Shown: positions 1 through 8,959, numbered from the stretch's first letter. The stretch is 64,000 bases of DNA from Mycobacteriales bacterium (GCA_038230355.1 JBBRNK010000014.1:24747-88746); one strand, 5' to 3'. Made by a program: numbers and translations. The notes: generated by a model from the sequence alone, not told the origin.

Positions 1-183
1 GCCCTGTTCCCCCTCGTCGTCGAAGATGCCAGCACCCTGGGGCCGATCTTCATGAACGGCCTGCCGGCCACCCACTCCAGCGTCGAGGACATCTCCGCCG
101 CCGTCGCGTGGCTCGCCTCCGACGAGGCTCGGCACGTCACGGGCGCGGCGATCCCCCTCGACATCGGCACCCTCATGCGCTGA
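1..183 (+). CDS. C-terminal fragment of a short-chain dehydrogenase/reductase (5' end outside window)
   Basis: Frame 1 is open from the window edge to TGA at 181-183. The tail ...ISAAVAWLASDEARHVTGAAIPLDIGTLMR is a typical SDR C-terminus. Confidence 0.7.
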   Translation, partial: ALFPLVVEDASTLGPIFMNGLPATHSSVEDISAAVAWLASDEARHVTGAAIPLDIGTLMR

Positions 184-189
184 GCCGCG

Positions 190-711
190 TCAGCCGCCGG
201 CGGCCAGGACGGCGTGGTTCTCGGCTTTGCGCTCGGCCTCGAGCCGGTCGTACCGGCCTCGCTCGAGGCCCTTGCCGCCGACGGTCGCAACGGCCGAGGT
301 GAACTGCTCGTAGGCAAGCTTGGCGCCGACGGTGTCCCAGTAGTCCTCCTGGTAGCCGAACAGCCCCCCGCCGGCGTGCTCGAGGACGCTGAGGCCGGCG
401 AAGTCGATCGGGGTGCCGGCCGGGTCGGGGTGGTAGTAGCGGTTCGTCATGTTGAGGACGACCCGGTCGCCCTTCACCTGGTACCAGTTCAGGACCGCGT
501 GCACATCGCCGCGGACGGCCATCAGGTCGGTGATCCAGGTGCGGACCGCGTCACGGCCGCGCATGGTGCCGAAGACGCGCTCGACGTACAGGACGTCCAT
601 GGTCAGGCAGTCCGGCCAGGAAACCCAGTCCTCGTCGATGCTGCCGGTCGTCCAGATCCGCTGGAACGCCCGCTCCGTGGTCCATCGGGCACCGGGTTCC
701 GCCGTGCTCAC
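190..711 (-). CDS. SnoaL-like / NTF2-fold protein
   Basis: 173-aa ORF with balanced, non-shadow composition. The W/Y/D-rich alpha+beta-barrel style sequence resembles SnoaL-like polyketide cyclase family proteins. Family call is from memory only. Confidence 0.5.
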   Translation of the reverse strand: MSTAEPGARWTTERAFQRIWTTGSIDEDWVSWPDCLTMDVLYVERVFGTMRGRDAVRTWITDLMAVRGDVHAVLNWYQVKGDRVVLNMTNRYYHPDPAGTPIDFAGLSVLEHAGGGLFGYQEDYWDTVGAKLAYEQFTSAVATVGGKGLERGRYDRLEAERKAENHAVLAAGG

Positions 712-832
712 GCGATCTCGCGCAGCGCCGTGACGTCCGAGACGGACAGCCCGGACGACCCGAGACGGCGGTAGTCCATGCCGGCAGGCTAACGGCCGTA
801 CATGGCTGCTGCCGACCCCAGCCGCCGGACGG

Positions 833-1324
833 TCAGACGACCTCGCGCAGGGTTCCCTTCGTGACGTCGTAGACGAAGCCGCGCACGGAGTCCTTCAGCG
901 GGATGGACGGCTCGGCGTGGATGCGCGCGATGCTCTGCCGCACGTCGATGTCGAGGTCGCTGAACGCCTCGGTCGACCAGGACGGCTTGATGCCGGTGTC
1001 GGCCAGGACGGCGGCCTTGAACTCGTCCTCGGTGAAGGTCAGCATCCCGCAGTCGGTGTGGTGGATCAGGACGATCTCCTTGGTGCCGAGCAGCCGCTGG
1101 CTGATCGCCAGCGAGCGGAGCTCGTCCTGAGTGATGACGCCACCGGCGTTGCGGATGACGTGGGCGTCGCCCTCCTGCAGCCCGAGCAGGCCGAAGGGGT
1201 TCAGCCTCGCGTCCATGCACGCGACGATGGCGATCTGCTTGGCCGGCGGCAGGGGCAGGTCACCCTTGTCGAAGCTGGCGGCATACGCCTCGGCGTTGCT
1301 GAGCAGCTGGTCGGTCACGGACAT
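833..1324 (-). CDS. beta-class carbonic anhydrase
   Basis: 163 aa. Zn-ligand motifs VACMDARL and HHTDCGM are present; size and layout match small actinobacterial beta-CAs. Confidence 0.9.
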   Translation of the reverse strand: MSVTDQLLSNAEAYAASFDKGDLPLPPAKQIAIVACMDARLNPFGLLGLQEGDAHVIRNAGGVITQDELRSLAISQRLLGTKEIVLIHHTDCGMLTFTEDEFKAAVLADTGIKPSWSTEAFSDLDIDVRQSIARIHAEPSIPLKDSVRGFVYDVTKGTLREVV

Positions 1325-1424
1325 CCACGTGCTCCTTCAGGACGGGCTCGGATGTGGCCGAGCAAAACACTGCAATCAGGTAGGGAAATAGGGTACGACG
1401 AACCGGTGTCGTCAGCCAGCGGGG

Positions 1425-2210
1425 TCAGCGAGCCCCGACCGCTGTCGCGCCACCGTCGACGGTGACGACCTCGCCGGTGGTCGCCGGGAACCAGGAGGAC
1501 AGCAGCATCACGGCGGCCTTCGCGATCGCCTCCGACGACGTGGCTGACGAGGCGTCCCAGCCGAGCGGTGCCCGGGCGGCGTACTCCTCGACCAGGCTGG
1601 TGTGGCCGGGAAGCGCGCGGGCGAGCAGGGTCACGACGGGTCCGCCGGCGACCAGGTTGACGCGGACACCACGCGGTCCGAGCTCGCGGGCCAGTGACCG
1701 CGCGGTGGCGGCGAGGGCCGCGTGCGAGACCTGGAGCCAGTCCGGGTCACCCCACACCTGGGAGGTGTTCTGGGTCAGACCGACGACCGCAGATCCTTTG
1801 ACCAGCAGGGGATCCAATGCATGGGCGACCGCCGCCAACGACCAGGCGGTCACTTCGAAAACCTGGCTGGCAAGCGACCAGGGGGTACCCGCGAAGGTGG
1901 TCGCGTCGAAGCCCTCCGGCAGGTAGCCGAGGGCGTGCACGACCCCGTCGACCCGGTCCCAGCCCGCCTCGCGCACGGCGTCGGCAAGCGCGTCGAGGTC
2001 CTGCTGGAGGGTGACGTCGAGCTCGAGCACCGGCTCGGCGACACCGAGCCGCGGTGCGACCCGGCTGGTGAGGCGGTGGGCGCGGCAGACCGGCGAGGTC
2101 AGCAGCACCTCGGCCCCCTCGGCGAGGGCCAGCCGCACGACCGCGCTGGCCAGGCTTGACTCGGTCAGGACGCCCGTCACGACCACCCGGCGCCCGGCCA
2201 GCAGGCTCAC
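1425..2210 (-). CDS. enoyl-ACP reductase (FabI/InhA)-like paralog lacking the catalytic Tyr and Lys
   Basis: 261 aa, collinear with the canonical FabI at 8204..8959 (VTGVLTESS N-terminus, ...FPATTGEVVTVDGG C-terminus). Where the canonical copy reads PGYDWMGVAK, this copy reads GDPDWLQVSH (Tyr->Pro, Lys->His). 4-nt overlap with the upstream ACP gene. Confidence 0.8.
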   Translation of the reverse strand: MSLLAGRRVVVTGVLTESSLASAVVRLALAEGAEVLLTSPVCRAHRLTSRVAPRLGVAEPVLELDVTLQQDLDALADAVREAGWDRVDGVVHALGYLPEGFDATTFAGTPWSLASQVFEVTAWSLAAVAHALDPLLVKGSAVVGLTQNTSQVWGDPDWLQVSHAALAATARSLARELGPRGVRVNLVAGGPVVTLLARALPGHTSLVEEYAARAPLGWDASSATSSEAIAKAAVMLLSSWFPATTGEVVTVDGGATAVGAR

Positions 2211-2470
2211 GACGAGGGCCGGTCAGCGACCTTGGCCGCCACGAGGTCCACGAAGGTCCCGAGGTGCCTGGTGCCCGCGATCTCGTCCTCGGGCAGGGAG
2301 ATCCCGAGAGCGTCCTCGACTGCCATGGCGAACTCGATGAGCGCGAGCGAGTCGACGCCGAGGTCGTCGACGAAGGACACGTCCTCGGCGAGCTCCTCGG
2401 GCGCCAGGTCGAGCAGGCTGACGGCCTGGTTGCGCACCACCTCGAGGACTGCCGCTCGCTCCACCCGCAC
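2207..2470 (-). CDS. acyl carrier protein (ACP-1)
   Basis: 87 aa, acidic, with phosphopantetheine attachment motif DDLGVDSLALIE. Confidence 0.9.
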   Translation of the reverse strand: MRVERAAVLEVVRNQAVSLLDLAPEELAEDVSFVDDLGVDSLALIEFAMAVEDALGISLPEDEIAGTRHLGTFVDLVAAKVADRPSS

Positions 2471-2478
2471 GACAGTAG

Positions 2479-3993
2479 TCAGCCCTTGGAGCCGATCGGC
2501 AGCCCCGCTGACTCGGCGTCGGCCAGAGCGGCGCGATCGAGCTTTCCGTTGGCATTGCGGGGGAGAGCTCCCAGGACCCGCAGTGGCCTCGGGACGGCGT
2601 GCGCCCCGAGCTCCTCCTGCACGTGACGACGCAACGCGGGCAGGTCCACCTCGACGCCGGGAAGGGCGACGACCGCGGCCGCGACGTTCTGCCCCGCGAC
2701 AGGGGACGGCACCCCGAACGCTCCCGCGTCGGCGAGCTGACCGCTGCCCATGAGGGCTCGCTCGACCTCCTGCGGGTAGACGTTGACCCCGCCACGCAGG
2801 ATCAGGTCGACGGCCCGACCAGCCAGCGACAGGTATCCGTCTGCGTTGAGCCGACCGAGGTCACCGGTCCGCAGCCACCCGTCCGAGGTGACTCGCAGCC
2901 GCTCCTGGTCACCCCAGTAGCCGGGGGTCACGACCGGCGACCTGACCCAGACCTCCCCGACCTCGCCCGCTAGGACGGCCCGATCGGTCCCGTCCACGAC
3001 CCTCAGCTCGGCGTAGGGGACGGCGCGGCCGACCGTCCCCGGCCGGTCGGCCCCGTCAGGCAGGTGCGTGACCGGGGCGCACGTCTCGGACAGGGCGTAG
3101 ACGTCATGCAGCTCGATCTTCGGGAGGGCGGCACGCACCCGGTCGAGCGTTCCTGCGGGGGCGGGGGCTCCGCCGTACACGGCGAGGCGCACAGCGGTGA
3201 GGGTCGCGAAGCCGTCGCAGCGCAGCAGGCCCTCCCAGATGCTCGGCACCACGTCCAGCCACGTCACTGCGTGCTCGCGGGCAGTCGCCACGAGCAGGGG
3301 CGCGGTGTAGTCCGCCATGGTCACCGCCGAGCCGCCGCTGTGCATCGCCGGGCCGAGCTGGGTGAGGTGGCCGGACACCCAGCTGAACGGCAGGTGGATC
3401 GCCGTCCGGTCGTCCGGCCCCAAGCCCAGTGCCGCGGCGTAGAACTCGGCGGCGTGACCGGCCATCCGCCCGGTGACGCGCACCGCCTTCGGCCTGCCCG
3501 TCGTCCCACTGGTGGGGATGAGCATGTACGTCGTGTCCTCGGCCGGCAGCTCCCCCCTCAGGTCCCACTGACGTGGTGCGGTGATCAGAACCCCTGCAGC
3601 GTCGGCGATCTCTCTTCCACCCAGGGTCCTGGCCAGCCCCGGCTGGGCGAGCACGACTGCCGGGTCCACCAGCTCGAGCAGCTCCTCGTGCCGCGCCCGC
3701 GGGGCGTCGACGGGCAGACCGACGAAGACCAGTCCGGCGCGGGCGCACGCCCAGATGGCGACAGCGCTCTCGAGCCCGTTGCGGGCGAGCAAGGCGACCC
3801 GGTCCCCTCGGCTGAGTCCGCTTCCGAGCAGCTGCGTGGCCGCGCCCTCGACCAGGTCCGCGAACTGCGCGTAGGTCACCGTGCGGCCGAGGGCAGGGTC
3901 CAGCAGCAAGGCCCGATCGGGCCAGGCCCTGCTCGCGGTGTCCAGGATCTCGACCACCGAGGTCGGCCTGGTCCCGAGCGGCCCCGCGGTCAT
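2479..3993 (-). CDS. AMP-dependent acyl ligase (acyl-CoA/acyl-ACP synthetase family)
   Basis: 504 aa. Adenylate-forming motifs TSGTTGRPKAV, YGGAPAP, GWLRTGDLG and a C-terminal NGKLDR. Confidence 0.85.
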   Translation of the reverse strand: MTAGPLGTRPTSVVEILDTASRAWPDRALLLDPALGRTVTYAQFADLVEGAATQLLGSGLSRGDRVALLARNGLESAVAIWACARAGLVFVGLPVDAPRARHEELLELVDPAVVLAQPGLARTLGGREIADAAGVLITAPRQWDLRGELPAEDTTYMLIPTSGTTGRPKAVRVTGRMAGHAAEFYAAALGLGPDDRTAIHLPFSWVSGHLTQLGPAMHSGGSAVTMADYTAPLLVATAREHAVTWLDVVPSIWEGLLRCDGFATLTAVRLAVYGGAPAPAGTLDRVRAALPKIELHDVYALSETCAPVTHLPDGADRPGTVGRAVPYAELRVVDGTDRAVLAGEVGEVWVRSPVVTPGYWGDQERLRVTSDGWLRTGDLGRLNADGYLSLAGRAVDLILRGGVNVYPQEVERALMGSGQLADAGAFGVPSPVAGQNVAAAVVALPGVEVDLPALRRHVQEELGAHAVPRPLRVLGALPRNANGKLDRAALADAESAGLPIGSKG

Positions 3994-5036
3994 GCGCGCA
4001 GGGCCTCCAGGGTGGCCGCACGGATGCCGGCGGCCTGGCTGTGCACCACCTGGAAGGCGGCCGCCCGGAGCAGCCGCTGGGCCGGGTCGGCCAAGTCCAT
4101 GCCTTGCCCGCCACGGGCCGTCAGCAGGGCCGTGGCGGACTCGATGCCCAGCAGCAGGGCTTGCGCGCGCGCGGCGAGCCGCTCGTCGTTGCGCTCGTTG
4201 AACGGGGCGGTGTCGAGGAGGTCGTAAGCGGTGGCCCGGACCGCGAGGACCCGCTCCCTCAGCGCCGCCGCCGTCTCCGGGGAGCGGACCTCGAGCAGGT
4301 CCAGCGCCGCCAGCGCGATCCCGAAGGTCGACGGCTGCACGTTGGTGTTGGCGGAGGCGTCGACGGCGAAGAAGTCCTTGTACGGCAGGAGGTTCAGCAC
4401 CTGGGAGGCTTTCATCCGGAGCCCGTCGAACGCGAGCGCGTGGGTGGAGGTGCCCCCCATCGCGGCGAGGTCCAGCAGGCCGGTGCTGCGCAGGCCGGCG
4501 CCCTCGCGGGCGGGCACGAGGCCGAAGACGATCTCGTCGGTCTCACGAACGACGGCACCCACCACGAGCACGTCGACCAGGCCCCAGCCGGTGCACCACG
4601 GCTGGGTACCGGTCAGGACGTAGGCGTCACCGTCTCGCTCGGCGAAGATGCTCGGCTTGGGCGTGCGGACGTGGCTGTAGGAGACCCCTCCCTGCACCGC
4701 CCCGCTGACCAGGTCTGCAAGGTAGGTCTCCCGGAGCGCCTGGTTGACGGTGCTCGCGACCATCTTCAGGACCGGGCCGTGCTGGAACCACACGAACCAC
4801 AGGTCCGGGCTGGCCCCGGCCAGCAACTCGATGACGGCCCGTTGCTCGTCGGTGCCGGCGCCCCCGAGCTCGACCGGGGCGTAGGTGCCGTAGAGCCCCG
4901 CCTGCGCCAGCATCTCGGTGTCGGCGCGCGTGACCCCTTCCCGCTCCAGCCGGGCGGCGTCGCCGACGAGCGCCTCCCGGAGCTCGGTGGCGCGGGTGAG
5001 CAGTATCCCGGGGGCAGTGGTGGCTGTGAGTGTCAC
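3990..5036 (-). CDS. acyl-CoA (or acyl-ACP) dehydrogenase family protein
   Basis: 348 aa with ACAD-like layout (N-terminal helical region, WCTGWG mid-domain, C-terminal helical bundle). 4-nt overlap with the ligase gene. Shorter than classical ACADs, and I could not see the usual C-terminal catalytic Glu context. Confidence 0.7.
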   Translation of the reverse strand: MTLTATTAPGILLTRATELREALVGDAARLEREGVTRADTEMLAQAGLYGTYAPVELGGAGTDEQRAVIELLAGASPDLWFVWFQHGPVLKMVASTVNQALRETYLADLVSGAVQGGVSYSHVRTPKPSIFAERDGDAYVLTGTQPWCTGWGLVDVLVVGAVVRETDEIVFGLVPAREGAGLRSTGLLDLAAMGGTSTHALAFDGLRMKASQVLNLLPYKDFFAVDASANTNVQPSTFGIALAALDLLEVRSPETAAALRERVLAVRATAYDLLDTAPFNERNDERLAARAQALLLGIESATALLTARGGQGMDLADPAQRLLRAAAFQVVHSQAAGIRAATLEALRA

Positions 5037-5073
5037 CTCTATGACGGTAACCGCCTGCGACCGGACGGGCGCG

Positions 5074-6246
5074 TCAGGGGGCCAGGACGATCGAGCCGTT
5101 GTGCCCGCCGAACCCGAAGCTGTTGCTCACGGTCGGGCCCGGCTCCCACGACCGGGGCGCGAGGACGACGTCGACCTCGAGGGAGGGGTCGACCTCGGTC
5201 GTGCCCATCGTCGGCGGCAGCTCGCGGTGGTGGAACGACAACAGCACGGCCGCTGCCTCCAGGGCGCCGGCCGCGCCCAGTCCGTGGCCGGTCACACCCT
5301 TGATCGATGTGACGGGCACCGCGCCCGGACCGAAGACGGTGGCGACAGCCTGAGCCTCCGCCTGGTCGTTCAGTGGGGTCGAGGTGCCGTGGGCGTTGAC
5401 GTGCCGCACCTGGTCGGGGGTGAGGCCGGCGTCGTCGAGGGCCAGCCGCATGCAGGCGGCCGCCCCGACCCCACCGGGGCTGGGAGCGGTGATGTGGTGG
5501 GCGTCGCAGGTCGACGCGGTGCCGACGATCTCGCCGTACACGTGGGCACCCCTGGCGAGGGCCTGCTCGCGCTCTTCCAGCAGCAGCACGCCGGCCCCTT
5601 CGGACAGGCAGAAGCCGTCCCGGCCGGTGTCGAAGGGGCGGCTGAGACCGGTCTCGGACAGCGCGGTCATCTTGGTGAACGCCCCCACGGTCACGCCGTT
5701 GACCGAGGCCTCGGCACCGCCGGCGAGCACGACGTCGCAACGCCCGTCGAAAATCATCCGGGCACCGGCACCGACGCTGTGCGTGCCCGCCGCGCAGGCG
5801 GTCGTCAGCGTTTCGCACGGGCCACGCCACCCCAGGCGGAGGCTGACCGAAGCGGCGCCCGCGTTGGGCATCACCATCGGGATCGTGAACGGCGAGACGC
5901 GACCCGGCCCGCGCTCCGCCAGCACCCCGCACTGCACCTGGAACGTGTTGATCCCGCCGATCCCGGTCCCGAGGCTGACCCCGGCGCGGTCCGGGTCGAG
6001 GTCAGGAAGGCCGCCGGCGGTCGCCATCTCGGCGGCCGCGATCGCGAAGTGCGTGAAGCGGTCGTGGTGGCGCTGCTCCTTCGGCGACAGCCACTGGCTG
6101 GCATCGAAGTCGTCGATAGTCCGGACGCGCCGCTGCCCCGGCTCGGTCTGCAGGCCCTTCCAGAACGCTTCGAGGCCGATGCCGGCCGGTGACACGACCC
6201 CGATGCCGGTGACGACGACGCGACGCGGGGGCGGGTAGGCCTTCAC
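5074..6246 (-). CDS. beta-ketoacyl-ACP synthase, elongating KAS I/II (FabF/KasA-like) type
   Basis: 390 aa, GTG start. Cys-His-His triad contexts are present: TTACAAGTHS, NAHGTSTP, KGVTGHGLGAAG. Confidence 0.9.
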   Translation of the reverse strand: MKAYPPPRRVVVTGIGVVSPAGIGLEAFWKGLQTEPGQRRVRTIDDFDASQWLSPKEQRHHDRFTHFAIAAAEMATAGGLPDLDPDRAGVSLGTGIGGINTFQVQCGVLAERGPGRVSPFTIPMVMPNAGAASVSLRLGWRGPCETLTTACAAGTHSVGAGARMIFDGRCDVVLAGGAEASVNGVTVGAFTKMTALSETGLSRPFDTGRDGFCLSEGAGVLLLEEREQALARGAHVYGEIVGTASTCDAHHITAPSPGGVGAAACMRLALDDAGLTPDQVRHVNAHGTSTPLNDQAEAQAVATVFGPGAVPVTSIKGVTGHGLGAAGALEAAAVLLSFHHRELPPTMGTTEVDPSLEVDVVLAPRSWEPGPTVSNSFGFGGHNGSIVLAP

Positions 6247-6297
6247 GGCACCGAGCCTACGTCCGGGATACGGCGCCGGGTGGGGCAGGATCTCCGG

Positions 6298-7179
6298 ATG
6301 CGCACCGCTCTCGTGTTCCCCGGGCAGGGATCGCAGCGTCCCGGCATGGGCGCCGCGTGGACCTCGACCCCCGGCTGGTCCCTCGTCGCCGAGGCCTCCG
6401 CAGCCCTGGACCGCGACCTGTCGTGGTTGCTGCTGGAGGCCGACGCCGAGCAGCTGCGCCAGACGAGGGAGGCTCAGGTCGCGACGTTCCTCGTGTCCCT
6501 GCTCGCCCTACGGGCCCTGCCGGAACTCGTCGTGAACAACGTCACGGTAGTCGCCGGTCACTCGCTCGGGGAGTACACGGCACTGGTCGCCGCCGGGGTC
6601 CTGTCCGAGGCTGACGGCCTCCGGCTGGTGGCCGAGCGCGGGGAGGCCATGCAGGTCGCCGCCGAGGCTGCGCCGGGGACGATGGCAGCTGTGTTGGGCC
6701 TGCCCGACGAGCAAGTGGCCGCGGCCTGTCCCGACGGAGTGTGGGTCGCCAACCTCAACGCCCCGAGCCATGTCGTGGTCTCGGGCGGGGTCCCGGCAAT
6801 GGCCGGGGCAGCAGACCTCCTGAAGGCCGCCGGAGCCCGCCGCGTCCTGCCGCTGCCGGTCGGTGGCGCCTTCCACACCCCGCTCATGGCGCCGGCCCGG
6901 GAGCGCCTCGACCGCGCCCTCTCGCAAGCGGTGTACGCCGCGCCGACGCTGCCCGTCCTCGCCAACGTGACCGCTTCCCCGTACCCGACAGGGGTTGCCG
7001 CCCTGCTGTCCGAGCAGCTGACCGCGCCCGTCCGCTGGCGACAGACGCTGGAGGCCCTCGACGTCGACCGGGTCGTCGAGGTCGGGCCCGGAGGTGTGCT
7101 CACCGGCCTGGTGAAGCGAACCCGGTCCGACCTGGCCGCTGGCAGCGTCACGACCCCAGCCGACCTGGCGGCGCTGTGA
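6298..7179 (+). CDS. fabD: malonyl-CoA:ACP transacylase
   Basis: MRTALVFPGQGSQRPGMG N-terminus and active-site GHSLGEYTAL. The ORF is also open from GTG 6280; ATG 6298 is preferred because a GGGGCAGGA purine tract lies 7 nt upstream. Confidence 0.9.
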   Translation: MRTALVFPGQGSQRPGMGAAWTSTPGWSLVAEASAALDRDLSWLLLEADAEQLRQTREAQVATFLVSLLALRALPELVVNNVTVVAGHSLGEYTALVAAGVLSEADGLRLVAERGEAMQVAAEAAPGTMAAVLGLPDEQVAAACPDGVWVANLNAPSHVVVSGGVPAMAGAADLLKAAGARRVLPLPVGGAFHTPLMAPARERLDRALSQAVYAAPTLPVLANVTASPYPTGVAALLSEQLTAPVRWRQTLEALDVDRVVEVGPGGVLTGLVKRTRSDLAAGSVTTPADLAAL

Positions 7180-7904
7180 CCGCCGATCCGAGCACCGCGA
7201 CCCCGAGCCGCTCGGTGCTCGTCACCGGTGGCAACCGCGGCATCGGGCTGGCGACGGCCCGGATGCTGGCAGCCCAGGGGCACCGGGTCGCCGTGACCTA
7301 CCGGTCCACGGTCCCTGAGGGCCTGTTCGGGGTGCGTTGCGACGTGACCTCGACGGCCGAGGTCGACGCGGCCTTCACCGAGGTCGAGGCTGCCCACGGG
7401 CCGGTCGAGGTGCTGGTCTCGAACGCCGGCCTGACCGACGACGGCCTGCTGCTGCGGATGTCCGAGGCGTCCTTCACTCGCGTGCTCGACGCCAACCTCA
7501 CGGGCGCCTACCGGGTCGCGAAGCGGGCCTCCCGGGGAATGCTCCGGGCCCGGTGGGGGCGCCTGGTGTTCGTGTCCTCCGTCGTGGGGCTGTCCGGCGC
7601 GGCGGGGCAGGCCAACTACGCCGCGTCCAAGGCGGGGCTCGTCGGGCTGGCGAGGTCGTTGGCGCGCGAGCTGGGGGGCCGGGGCATCACCTCCAACGTC
7701 GTGGCGCCGGGCTATGTCGACACCGACATGACCGCGGCGCTCAGTGAGGCACGCAGGACCGAGCTGCTGACGACGATCCCCGCCGGGCGGACCGCCACTG
7801 CGGACGAGATCGCCACCGTCATCGCCTTCCTGGCCGGCGACGGAGCGGCCTACGTCAACGGGGCCGTCCTACCCGTGGACGGTGGGCTCGGGATGGGGCA
7901 CTGA
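7176..7904 (+). CDS. fabG: 3-oxoacyl-ACP reductase (MabA/FabG1-like)
   Basis: GTG start in a GTGA overlap with fabD. SVLVTGGNRGIG, NYAASKAG and a PVDGGLGMGH C-terminus; closely resembles mycobacterial MabA end to end. Confidence 0.9.
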   Translation: MTADPSTATPSRSVLVTGGNRGIGLATARMLAAQGHRVAVTYRSTVPEGLFGVRCDVTSTAEVDAAFTEVEAAHGPVEVLVSNAGLTDDGLLLRMSEASFTRVLDANLTGAYRVAKRASRGMLRARWGRLVFVSSVVGLSGAAGQANYAASKAGLVGLARSLARELGGRGITSNVVAPGYVDTDMTAALSEARRTELLTTIPAGRTATADEIATVIAFLAGDGAAYVNGAVLPVDGGLGMGH

Positions 7905-7957
7905 CCCGCGCAGCCGCGTCCCGACCTCGATCGGCTGAGGCCGGATACGCTGCCGAC

Positions 7958-8203
7958 ATGGAACGCGCAGAGGTGTTGCAGGTCATGCGTGACAAGGCCG
8001 TCGAGATGCTCGAGGTCGAGGCTGACGCGGTGCAGGAGGACAAGTCGTTCGTCGATGACCTCGAGGTCGACTCGCTCTCGCTGGTGGAGTACACGATGGA
8101 GCTCGAGGACTCCCTCGGCGTCGAGCTGCCCGAGGATGAGTTGACCGACCTCACGACGATCGGCGCCTTCCTGGACCTGATCATGACCAAGGTCCCCGCG
8201 TAG
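7958..8203 (+). CDS. acyl carrier protein (ACP-2)
   Basis: 81 aa, acidic, with DDLEVDSLSLVE attachment motif. Confidence 0.9.
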   Translation: MERAEVLQVMRDKAVEMLEVEADAVQEDKSFVDDLEVDSLSLVEYTMELEDSLGVELPEDELTDLTTIGAFLDLIMTKVPA

Positions 8204-8959
8204 GTGCTGCTGGCCGGAAAGCGGTTGCTGGTGACGGGGGTCCTCACCGAGGCGAGCATCGCCTTCTCGGTCGCCCGGCTGGCTGCTGAGCAGGGAGCCG
8301 ACGTCGTGCTGTCCGGCTTCGGCCGCGCGCTGTCGCTGACCCGGCGGGTCGCCCGGCGACTGCCCGGCGACCTGCCGGTGGTCGAGCTCGACGTGACGAG
8401 CGAGGCCGACCTCGCCGCGGTGCCCGAGCGGGTCGGAGGACGGCTCGACGGGGTCCTGCACGCCATCGGGTTCGCGCCGGCGTCAGCCCTCGGGTCTGGC
8501 CTGCTCGACACCCCCTGGGCGGACGTCGGCACAGCTCTGCACGTGTCGACCTGGTCCTACGCAGCGTTGGCGCGCGCCTGCGCGCCCCTGATGCCTCCTG
8601 GCTCGTCCTACGTCGGGCTCGACTTCGACGCGCGCGTGGCATGGCCGGGCTACGACTGGATGGGCGTCGCGAAGGCCGGCCTGGAGAGCGCCAACCGTTA
8701 CCTGGCAAGGGATCTGGGCGTACGCGGGATCCGCAGCAACCTCATCGCCGCGGGGCCGGTCAAGACGATGGCCGCCAAGAGCGTCCCCGGCTTCGAGCAG
8801 TTCGAGGCCGTCTGGGACGAGCGGGCGCCCCTCGGTTGGGACGTCACCGACGCCGAGCCCGTCGCCCAGGCCTGCGTGGCCCTGCTCTCGGACTGGTTCC
8901 CCGCGACGACCGGAACCATCGTGCACGTCGACGGCGGCTTCTCGGCGGTCGGCGCATGA
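8204..8959 (+). CDS. fabI: NADH-dependent enoyl-ACP reductase (FabI/InhA type), catalytically intact
   Basis: 251 aa. GTG start abuts the ACP stop. Y-x6-K motif is intact in PGYDWMGVAKAGLES; AAGPVKT is present. Confidence 0.9.
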   Translation: MLLAGKRLLVTGVLTEASIAFSVARLAAEQGADVVLSGFGRALSLTRRVARRLPGDLPVVELDVTSEADLAAVPERVGGRLDGVLHAIGFAPASALGSGLLDTPWADVGTALHVSTWSYAALARACAPLMPPGSSYVGLDFDARVAWPGYDWMGVAKAGLESANRYLARDLGVRGIRSNLIAAGPVKTMAAKSVPGFEQFEAVWDERAPLGWDVTDAEPVAQACVALLSDWFPATTGTIVHVDGGFSAVGA

